This document shows positions 1 to 10,197 of a stretch of 64,000 nt of DNA, piece after piece. The position numbers and the translations under genes are program-made. Numbering within the stretch: position 1 is the first letter of the stretch; every line of letters begins with the position of its first letter. The notes beneath the pieces are model-generated. The model had not been told where the DNA came from. It worked only from the letters and a program-made list of their open reading frames with translations, and ran no database searches. This DNA is from Asterias rubens (lineage: Eukaryota): contig NC_047068.1 in NCBI RefSeq assembly GCF_902459465.1, positions 19,468,001 through 19,532,000 on the forward strand. The letters are read 5' to 3'.

Positions 1-1098
1 ACACTATGCTCTCTGTCTATGGATGGTATCATAATAGTTATGATGGGTTATTTTGTTAACAAGAAAACAAAGTGTTTAGTTTCATATGTTAGAACAACAC
101 TCCACTAACTTTTTGTGTTGAAAATTTTATGCAGTACACATGTATATTAATCACAAGAACCATCTCTCTTCCCTCACAGATACCAATTTACCCCTGGGTA
201 TTAAAGTAAACCATCTGTAATCAAGTGTCTTGCTCAAGGACACAAGTGTCATGACCTGGATTCGAACCCACAACCTGTTGTCTGTAGCCCCCAGAACTTG
301 AATTTGATGCTTTTTAAACCAATCGGTCTTGACTACAGCCACAGCCGCTGATTCGGACACGGCATATGTCTGCTTAAACTATTTATGTGAGGTGACTCTA
401 TTTTAGTTTTCTAGTTAATTAGAAAAATCACTTTAGAAACACATGTTATTGTTAGCTGAGCAATCTGACGTTGTACTCGATAATGTTGCATGCACTAGAG
501 TATATATGCCTATATTGTCTATAAATATTGCAAAAATAATTATAAAAATGTCACGAACCGTCGTTTGCCAACGAATACGAAACTAGATAAACTATACAAC
601 AGGTGCTGTTTCTATTGAGAAATCCAATTAATTGAAACTGTAACATAACCAAAAATATGGGGAAACAGTTTAAAATTATCGTCCATTATTCTTAACAGAG
701 ACTTTGGTTTAAGAATAATCAGTTAGGACGCAGTTGTCATTGAAATTAACAAAGTCGTTGCCCCGTATTGATATTACGTTTGCCTGTGACGAGGTGCATT
801 TCGTGACAGTGCACACAATTATGATCTGCTAATCTTAGCCATTGACCTTTCGATAGGTTTTCCCGATTGTAACCTTTGATTTTCTCCTTCAGTGATTAGT
901 GGTTTATTCGACACCCCCCCCTATTTAATTACAATTTGTAGTATTTTTAAATGTAAAATTGTTGTAATTCAACCATTCAGTTGCGAGGACAGTTTTTTAA
1001 TAAACCAATATCTATCTATCTATATATCTATACTAATGTGTTAGGCTTTTTTGCTTGACTTTTTAAATCTAAGAAGAAAACAAATCATAACCCCTTAC

Positions 1099-1914
1099 CT
1101 TTCCATCAACGATGTCCAGTTTGTCAAATAAGAACTGCGGCAGACCACTCATGAATATACCAATACCCATCACCAGGATTCCATTGGCGATCCAAATTGG
1201 CCGTTTAGCTTTTGGTCGCCCAGCAAAGTACGACACAAAGGGCAGTGCGACTATGTTCCCAATACTGTATGTCATTACAATGAAGGCTAGGTTGGATGCA
1301 GTGAGACGGAATCGTGATTCTATGGTGGTTGTGATGCCGCTGAAGGCACCCACTGCAACTGCATCACCGAAGAGCCCAAGACAAACACAGACTAGAAAGA
1401 AGATTGGAGACAGGAAGAAAGGTTGGAGCCACTTCGGTATAAAGGAGCAGATGTTAGAACCGTCGTCGTATTCTGGTAGATCTTCGTCACTTATGTTGAG
1501 AGGTACATCTTCAATCTCTTCGGATGTGTCTGCCTCGTTTAGCAGAACCTCTTCAAAAGCCTCTTGAATCAGCACCTCTTTGGGTGCATCTGCCTCCCGC
1601 ATTGGAACCTCTTGATTGACGTCTGCCTCCCGCATTGGTGCCTCTCCGGATGCGTCTGCCTCCCGCACTGGTGGTAGGCCTACCTGTTTATAGGCGTCTG
1701 CCTCACGCATTGGTGTCCCTTCGGGCGCGTCCACCTCGCCAATAGTCAACTCTTTGGCAGAGGCAGCAGCGTTTACCACTCTTTTAGTGCTGTCTGTAAT
1801 GTTTTCATTTGACATTATGGAATCACAGCTGCTGTCACTACTAGTTAAATATAGTTTGAGTGACGTGACATCAGGACCAATACGGCGTGTTGAGTTCCAT
1901 TTATTTGAGGCCAT
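1099..1914 (-). CDS. Organic anion transporting polypeptide (OATP/SLCO family), first coding exon; gene continues toward or beyond the left edge
   Basis: ATG at 1914 (MASNKW...). OATP TM1-TM3 signature TTIESRFRLTASNLAFIVMTYSIGNIVALPFVSYFAGRPKAKRPIWIANGILVMGIGIFMSGLPQFL. Donor AAG|GTAAGG at 1099/1098. Long acidic N-terminus. Subfamily not assignable by eye. Confidence 0.9.
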
Positions 1915-2009
1915 GTGTATCGAAGGGTCTAACACTGCTGCAAAGCTGTGTTAACTGCAACAAGTAGCTATTGGATTGGCCCTCACGTTTTCCCTGCACG
2001 CACTTATTA

Positions 2010-2218
2010 GGGACTTTTCGTTTTCGACGACGGATGATTCTGCGACTGTAAAGATGACATTTGGCGTCATCTGCGCATGCGTCGGCTTTGAGGACGGTCG
2101 TCCCTCAGTTTCTACGACAGTACTCGGGATGAATCTTCGATCTTCGTTGTGCTGAAAACGACAACGTTTAGCTAAACAACCGTCGCAGAACCATCCGTCG
2201 TCGAAAACTAAAAGTCCC
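2010..2218. mobile_element. MITE with about 40-bp TIRs and TA target duplication (Tc1/mariner-like)
   Basis: TA|GGGACTTTTCGTTTTCGACGACGGATGATTCTGCGAC ... GTCGCAGAACCATCCGTCGTCGAAAACTAAAAGTCCC|TA. Confidence 0.8.
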
Positions 2219-3387
2219 TATCAGCTTATTAACAACGGGCACTCATCAATAAACAAAGTGGTGTTACAAGCTTCAATCGCAGATCTTCCCAAAACCTTTG
2301 TTGCGCAGTTGATTAAGGCGCCACAAAAATGGAACTTTAGAGCGATCTCAAAGCTATTCATATTTTGTCATACCAACAAAATTTACGCAAACCCGCGCCA
2401 CCGATAACACAAACAGATAAATGTACACAAATATCAACAACAAAAGGTTTAAAGGTGCACTTCCTTTTTTTTTGTGATGAAATTTCCACAAGAGAACTAA
2501 TTGAGAAATGGTTGTACGGACGTGTCACTAAAACAACACGTTTTTGTTCGTGACGGCGGGAAAAGTAGTCCAGGGCTGGAGGGTTTTCTAAAGGTGTTAC
2601 ATGACAGCTTTTCCCGTCTCGTACAAAAAAGCAATTTAACATTTAATTTTGACCGCCAAATCAGTTGAAAATCAACGGATCTTTACATGTTTGTAAATGA
2701 CTGTTTGAGCCCGCTCCAAGATCACTTGAACTTCGCCCGTTCTTCTCTTATCTACATTATTTGTTAACTGATGTTTAGTCGTACAAAATAAAGATAACAA
2801 ACCAAAGGCCTACACGATCGAGACCATTGCATTGAGTTGAATTGAAAATGTTTTGCAGGACAGGGAACGGTATGAAAGTGGCGTAAAAAAAAGTCTAGCA
2901 AAATAAATGTCTGGCCCTTCCAACAAAAATAGCGCCCTCTCTTTACATATTTTACCACGTTTTATTATGTTTTTTATGTAGCGCCTTTTTATGTTGTTTA
3001 ACGTTCAATTACTTCGTGAACATGACCTGGCAGCGAGGCACATTTTTTTAGTAACTGGTTTTTCTTATGGTAGGCCGAACGGAAGTCTACTAAATTATAG
3101 TATCAAGTATTTTCCTTCTTACATGGTTTAAACTGAAAGATTTTTTTCTGGACTCTTGATGTTGTCGTTGTTTCGTTTTTGTTGGTTAAAGTTCCCAGTT
3201 ACTACAAGAACTGAGTGCAGTTATACCCACCATGCGCAGAGTAAAATGACCATTTCATTCCAGTTTCATAGTCTAGTTCGTCCAAACATGCGCTTTCAAA
3301 TTTTGCGCCGTCGTGAAAAACACAATGTTCACAAACGCACGTTTTAATAGTACTAAAATTTGCCACATATACTATTAAACAACTCAC

Positions 3388-3431
3388 CCTGTAAATTTGG
3401 GACTGTTCAACCATGGAGTCATCCGTAAAAA
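3388..3431 (-). other. Probable 5' UTR exon of the SLCO gene (44 nt, contains an upstream ATG)
   Basis: Long pyrimidine tract plus TTCCAG acceptor at 3432 and AGG|GTGAGT donor at 3387 on the minus strand. Confidence 0.55.
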
Positions 3432-4439
3432 CTGGAAAAATAGAAAAACAAATCGTCAAACAGAAAAAAACGAGCAAAGGGTTTTCAGTTCACGTTGACG
3501 ATTTTTCTTGCAATAATGGCAACCAGCTGTATGGTGCCCGGCGTAAAATTATATTTGCAGCGTTGTATAAAGTATCTGAGGGAAAGAATAGAGTCTCCTA
3601 TCACCCACGGGCGATTATACTTCAGCCTTAACATTGAAATTTCTCTTGCGCACATTTTTACAGACCTTGAGCGATAAAAGCAATCCAAGGTGTCACTGTT
3701 TCCAAAGTCACACCGCGCCAATTGATTTGCAGGTGGCATGGCGCATTGATTGAATTATTCATTGAACAGATTGAATTGTGCATTGATTAAATTATTCATT
3801 GATTAACAGATTGAATTATCAACCAGAATGTGTCTCTGGAATGGAACTATATTCGTTTATCCGAACAGCTAAATATGGAACGGTTTAGCGAGACACGCCA
3901 AGAAATGTACAATTGGGCCAAGATAGCGATGGCATTATATACCATTTGGCATGTTTTTTGCAGGAAGATAGGCCGTTAAAAAACGAAATGCATCCATTTA
4001 TAATACACACACACGAGATGTATAGGCCTATATTCACTATAAAGGTGTCGCCGATCAAAATATATGCGAAATCAGTATTGGAGAAAGAAAATCATTTTTA
4101 AAACTGCAATCTTTTTTAAAAAGCCTAACACCACAATTTCTCAGTAATCCGGCTTGAAGACGGTGGTTAATTTGTTTTTTTAATAATAATACCGTTCAAA
4201 CATTTTCCTCTGTTTAGCATCCATCCCTCCTTAGAATTCCTATAATTTGTGTTTCTGTCTACACACGTTTAAACTTATCTCTTAACATAAAAATGTGGAT
4301 CAATTTATTAAAACACCGAGTTCGAAGCATGACTTATTATATTACACGTCCAAATGTGAATGCTATTCGTGGCATATTTTCATCGATACATGGCCATGGT
4401 TGAAGTGAAATTGTTACAATTGATCTTGAAATGACACTT

Positions 4440-4957
4440 ACATGTGCATTTTTTCTTGAGACATTATGAGTATATTTTTTATATAAAGCTACAACAGGCA
4501 AAGACGACTGTAATAAAAAAGAAAGAGGAACAAAAAGAGCGCCTACACCCAGCAAATCGACGGACCCTGATTGGTGGCTATAGATAGAAGGCGGGAACTC
4601 AATCACGGTCTGCACACCACGTGGTCAAGGTCTAATGATCTAATTGGCTGAATGATTCAACCATGGTTTATATCAATACGATTAATTTTGTGGGAATCCA
4701 AGCTATGGCAACGCTGCATGACCAATGAGTGCCCTTATGATATTCGTTTTCTGGTGAATTTGAAGATACGACAAAGTTGTTGTGGTCACATCTAAACGCG
4801 AAGTGTGACATGCCTGCATTGGATTTAGTATCGCATGACATCAGTATTAGCATCACTGGGACAGCTGAACTAGCCGTTCGCACTTGCAAAACAGTAACGG
4901 GTTTCAGTTTTGACGATTTTTTTTTGTACCTTTTACGAATCAAAGATTTCGCTGGAT
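4440..4957. promoter_or_regulatory. Putative bidirectional promoter between SLCO (-) and GPCR (+)
   Basis: CCAAT/ATTGG boxes at 4570, 4643 and 4722; minus-strand donor CAT|GTAAGT at 4441 suggests SLCO exon 1; GPCR ATG at 4958. Confidence 0.4.
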
Positions 4958-6067
4958 ATGGAATCTCCTATTGGAAGGATCATTGTCGCCTGCTCGATAG
5001 GCGTTTTGTGCTCCATTGGCATCGTGACAAACGCCGTCTTGATTTCGTTCTACATTCGGCGCCCGGTAATGCGTACATCCACCAATGTTTACCTCGTCCA
5101 TAAGGCGGTTTCTGATCTGATATCTCTACTGCCTTTTCCTTTACATCTTGCCGAGATTTTGGGTTCTGGCTGGATCTTTGGGGATTGGGTGTGTAAAGTA
5201 GTTGCGTCCGTTGAGACGCTGTGCATGCTTGTGAACGCGAACATTACGTTTGCAATGGCGTATGACAGATATGTGGCTGTTGCTAAACCAGGCAATGGTT
5301 TACAGCGTACCGTCACTACGGCACGGAATCACGTGGCCGTCTCGTGGCTGTATGGCCTCATGCTTGTCATCCCAGCAGCAACGGCAAGTTGGACTGTCGT
5401 GTGGCTACCAAAGGAGCCCGCGCCGGGCTGGCTGACGTGCGGCTACAACTGGCCGGCTGGTGAAATGTACCACTCAATATACTTTGGTAGCCTGCTGGTC
5501 CTGTTCTACGCGGGACATTACCTTGTGTACATCTCATTTGTTTACGTCGCATGGGGACGAGTGAAACAGAGCAAGGACGAGTTCCTGACGCGTCATGACA
5601 CCGTACAGCGCTGTCGAGCGGTGGCCAGCGTCCTTATAATCAACTTCCTCGGTTATTTTGTGTATTGGGCACAACATGCGTACACCATGATCACCCTGGG
5701 TGAAGACCAGATCCAAGTGCCACATATCCCGTCCGGTCTCTTGGATCCACTCTCCGTAGCATCGACTTCTGCTGTCTACATCGTAGCCAGTGGTAACCTC
5801 TTTCTGTACAGCTTGTCCATGGACCAGTGGAAGGCAGTGACAATGGATGCCGTTCACTGTCGCTGTGGTCCGGTTGGCGGCCGCGGGGTGGTGCAACCTT
5901 TTCACGCCGAGAGTGTGGCTGTCATTGACGTGACAGCGGCAGTGGACGACGACCCGCCACACGCAATCAACAGCAACAATGTTCATCGCGACAGTGACAA
6001 TGACAGTTTTGTTAACCTAAGTCATCATTCGGATGAAGAACTTGAGATTCAGGATGTGTCCATTTAA
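4958..6067 (+). CDS. Intronless class A (rhodopsin-like) GPCR, peptide-receptor-like (somatostatin/allatostatin-C/opioid-like), divergent
   Basis: 369-aa ORF from the first ATG with seven hydrophobic segments; TM2 AVSDL, ECL1 WIFGDWVCK, TM3 AYDRYVAV, TM4 W..P, ECL2 Cys, TM7 NLFLY. Confidence 0.88.
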   Translation: MESPIGRIIVACSIGVLCSIGIVTNAVLISFYIRRPVMRTSTNVYLVHKAVSDLISLLPFPLHLAEILGSGWIFGDWVCKVVASVETLCMLVNANITFAMAYDRYVAVAKPGNGLQRTVTTARNHVAVSWLYGLMLVIPAATASWTVVWLPKEPAPGWLTCGYNWPAGEMYHSIYFGSLLVLFYAGHYLVYISFVYVAWGRVKQSKDEFLTRHDTVQRCRAVASVLIINFLGYFVYWAQHAYTMITLGEDQIQVPHIPSGLLDPLSVASTSAVYIVASGNLFLYSLSMDQWKAVTMDAVHCRCGPVGGRGVVQPFHAESVAVIDVTAAVDDDPPHAINSNNVHRDSDNDSFVNLSHHSDEELEIQDVSI

Positions 6068-6732
6068 AAAGTGATCCACGTGACAAATAATGTCTTAGAA
6101 CAATACTGATTTTGTTTATTTGTTTATTTAAAACATGTGGTTACTCACTGTCGTGCTCTCTGTCAAAAGACAATAACTACCAGTTATTGCAACACTTAAA
6201 CACTCAACGATCAGCACAACCTTTATTTTAATATTTATTTAAACAATCTTTGCAGCACCAAATCTCAAGAACTACACTAGTCGATTTTCAAACTTTTGTC
6301 AGTTATAGACTTCTTGGCCATTTGTATTTATTTGATGTTTTAGGCCAACCACAAAGTATAAACAAAATAAATTTTTGACCGTGAGCATGTCAAATATTTA
6401 CCTGAACTGACCTTTAAAATGGTTAGTTACCTTTTCTAGATCCAGTTTTTGGCCATGACATGAGTCCGTATGTAAAATAATTTATTTGTAGAAGTTGCAG
6501 CTCCACTAGTCGTCAAGTTTTTAGAGGGAAAAAAGGTGAAAATCACGAAGCAATGTTTTCAGTAAAGTCGCGTAAATCCACTGTACATGCTAAAATAATT
6601 GACGTCACAAGACGAACGTTATTTTCGTAGAATTGTTATACTCACTTCTCAAACACAGCACATCAGCGAGTAATTTTTTTCAGTGAATATTTCTAACCAT
6701 CGTTATCTTCTAACAATATAGTTTTAATTTAA

Positions 6733-7086
6733 AGTGAAGGTACACGTTTGGTGATTACTGAAAACAAATATTAACTTAAAAACTGACTTGGTAACGAGCA
6801 TTGGTGAGCTGTTAGTAGTATAAAACATTGTGAGAAATGGCTCCCCCTGAAGTAGCATAGATTTTGAGAAAGAGTTAATTTCTCACTAAAATAATAAAAG
6901 ACTTTTATTCATATCTGAAAGCACACAAATTCGTCCAACGAGGGTGTTTTTTCTCTCATCATTTTCTCGCCAACTTCTATGACCAATTGAGCTCAAAATT
7001 TCACAGGCTCGTTAAGTTATGCTTACGTTGGGATACACCAAGTGAGAAGACTGGTCTTTGACAATTATCAGAGGTGTACCTTCCCT
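6733..7086 (+). mobile_element. Kolobok-like TTAA MITE (about 350-390 bp family), full copy
   Basis: TTAA|AGTGAAGGTACAC ... GTGTACCTTCCCT|TTAA; internal sequence shared with more than 12 copies in the window. TTAA TSD with RR..YY termini is the Kolobok pattern. Confidence 0.75.
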
Positions 7087-9727
7087 TTAAATCTGCATGG
7101 ACGTTTGTGTTCTGTGTCGTGCAAAAAGTACCCAAACCCTTTAATGTAAAGATACCAAGATACGATTGTGGCGTGAAACTAAGTGCGGTCGTCAATCATT
7201 GTACAGTAAATGTATCTGCATTCTCCTATCAATTTATGCAAGGAACAGTGGCAGGAAACGTTGGTACAAAAGAGACGCTGGATAGCGCAGTGTCAAGGCA
7301 CTTACGGATGTTAATTCGATTAGAAACAAAATGAACCAAAAATGTTTGGAACTTGTCCTTGTGTAACTATTTCCATTCCAATGGAGCATTGTGAAAGCGT
7401 AGCAACAGGATAAAAGAACCTTAACACCTTTGCAAACATCCCTGAGAAATATTTATCTAGTTATCAAATTATCAGATTTGGTTAAAATGGAAACAAAAAA
7501 AAAGCACTTAGGCTCGAGTTATTTTCTAATCCTGTGTAAGATTAGTTAAGTTTGTTTGCAAGTTGTGGTTCATAATTGTGTTATTTGCATCTGTTGTAAA
7601 TGTTTATATTTTGTGAATATGATTTAATTTTGGGAAAAGTGGGGGAAAGGAAAATGATTTGTCAAATGATTTAAAGGGAAATAGTTTGACCCCTGCATTT
7701 ATGTAGACATTGCAGCACAATGTTGGAGAAAGTATTTGTAAGAAGCTGTCTCTGCATGTAGATATCAAGTTTTGTTGAACAAGTTTTAGTACACGTACTT
7801 ACAAAACAGTGTCCATACACATTCAGGGTTAGTAATTGTAAGAGACCAGTCTTCTCACTTGGTGTATCTCAACATAACTATGCATAAAATAACAAAATGC
7901 GAACATTTTGACTCAATTGGTCATCAAAGTTGCAAGAGAACAGAGAAAGAAAAAATCACCCTTTATGCAGACATTTCTGTGCTTTCAGGTGAGAAATTAC
8001 CGTACCTCTTACTAAAAAAAACTATGTTTCTTCAGATGAAGCCGTTTCTCACAATGTTTTATAATATCAACAGCTCTCCATAACAGCTCTCCATAAGTTT
8101 TATGCTAACAACTAGTTTGAGAAATTACCAATAGTGTCCAGTGCCTTGCAAACTTCCTGCAGCTCTTGCCATACTGTATGTTCTATTCAAAACAAAAGAT
8201 TCACTTATTGTTGTACAAAATTGACAGATAAAACACACATTGAGCGTAATAATAAATTCATATTATTCAGATATTTTTATTTTGGTTGTTAAGACAAATT
8301 TTGATGATGACAGATTACAAAGTATGATTATATCACATGGGAGTCCCCTCCCCTAACTCTCAATGTAAACTTCCGTGTGCAGCTAAAAGGGTCGCTATAT
8401 GTTTGGCAATTATTCTGAAAATTAATGCCAATAAAAAACCTACTTGGTAAGAAGTACATCAGCTTTGTAAAGCATTACATTTTGAGAAATTTTTAACATT
8501 GAAGTGCTGCAGTTATGGAGAAAGATTACACTTTTTATTGCAAAAATTTGAATAAACGAACTGTTACTGACAGTGATGTTTCTCAGATTGTGTATTCTAA
8601 TCATGGGTTTTCAGCAATATAACAAAACACTATGGTAACCACCCTTTGAAATTAAATTTTCATAGGTTAGTTTTATATAATTATATAGAAAACAGTAGAT
8701 TCAAATTACCAAACAGATACAATTCCTTGAATGGAACTTTTTCAAAATACTGCTAATAATATAAGATATTATTTGCTGGTGAGATGGTACAACTACATGT
8801 GAAGAAATTACAAGTGCACGCTTCGCACATAATAACATGATTTCAAACTGTATGTATCTCAACCAAATGTTGAATGTTTAAACTAAAAATAAACATTTTT
8901 GAAATTCGTTTCACTTTCTCAGAAAGCACCCATTTTGAATCAAACAAAACAACATTTATAGACTAGCCACTTGGTGGAGAGTCCGAGACACCAACAAACA
9001 TGCTCACTTTTCTCTCTCATGAAAGTAAACAACGCTGTGAAAGATAATAGCAACACTCAGTAACAATTGTTTCTAATAAAAAAGAAATCAGCTGAGCATG
9101 AATATGTTGATGCTCATTTTGAATAAGATTTTGGTAAACAGGGCTTAAAATTACCACTGGACTACAGGACCAGTGATTTAAGTACCAGGTCTTGGGTCTT
9201 TCAGAACATTTACTCCATGTAAGCTTGGGCACAATTTCAAAATGTCGCTTAAGCAGAAAATGGTTCTGAAAAAATGTCTTCTTAGCAAATAGCAGGATAC
9301 CAGTCACAGACAGTACATAGTAATTAGTGATACAGAATGCTACATGTATATTGGCTGGTATCTATTCTTATTAGGGAAAGCATCTGGGCCCAAAGCCTGT
9401 AAGCATCAACACTTGCAAAACACAGACAAATATTGCTTAGAACGAACAGGTCATTCCATAAAGTTTACATTGTAGTGACTGGTGTCCACTCCTTGTTTGC
9501 TTGACAAAGAAATTTGTCACGCAGTATTTTCTGCTAAACAGCTTTATGAAATTAGGCGCAGACCTGATGCTTCAGTTCTTGAAAGGAAAAGCACTGATGC
9601 GTTCTCTCTTTTGTAAAGAGCATCTCTGTGAGTAAATTGGAAATTCTATTTGGACGTTTCAAGGGGCACCAAGGCAATTACAAGGGGCATGGAGGTAATT
9701 ACCTACATTGTCTCAGTAGAGCACCAG

Positions 9728-9932
9728 GGCCCAATTTCATAAAGCATGTTAGCACAAAAATTTGCTTAGCATGAAATTTTCTCCCTGGATTACCAACCAA
9801 ATTGCCACGTGATTTTCAGGATAAGCAAACAACAGCCGAATACCAGTATCAAGCAATAAACAACAAATGGAAATTTGGTTGGTAATCCTGTTTTTATCAA
9901 TTTTGTGCTTACAGGCTTTATGAAATCGGGCC
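9728..9932. mobile_element. Harbinger/PIF-like MITE family with GGGCCCAATTTCATAAAGC TIRs (other copies near 16210-16535, 18288-18492, 30935-31060, 55490-55740)
   Basis: Terminal inverted repeats GGGCCCAATTTCATAAAGC / GCTTTATGAAATCGGGCCC; copies at 16210 and 18288 are flanked by CAG 3-bp duplications. Confidence 0.65.
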
Positions 9933-10197
9933 CAAGCCTGAAGCAAAGTGTTATTGTGCTCAGGTTGGCAGGCAACCTTATTCTGGTAAGCGTAATTTTG
10001 TTGTGCTTAGCTTATTTTTGCTCTAAAAAAAATATTGGGCTCTGGTCAACACCATTAATTAACCAGTCTATCTCTAAGTACATAAATTACACAAAAGTTT
10101 CCAATATGGAAACTGAGAATGCTGTAATCTACACCGGCCAAACCTGATTCTTGCCATCTGTTAGGTCGTCTCCAACAAAAAGAAAACATCAAGAACC

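Noticed and set aside
5089-5986. Minus-strand ORFs of up to 150 aa opposite the GPCR (likewise 1112-1567 opposite SLCO)
   Set aside because: Antisense shadows of GC-rich coding sequence
2300-6100. Endogenous viral segment carrying a captured GPCR
   Set aside because: No viral ORFs or terminal repeats; the interval contains ordinary splice signals and CCAAT boxes of the SLCO locus
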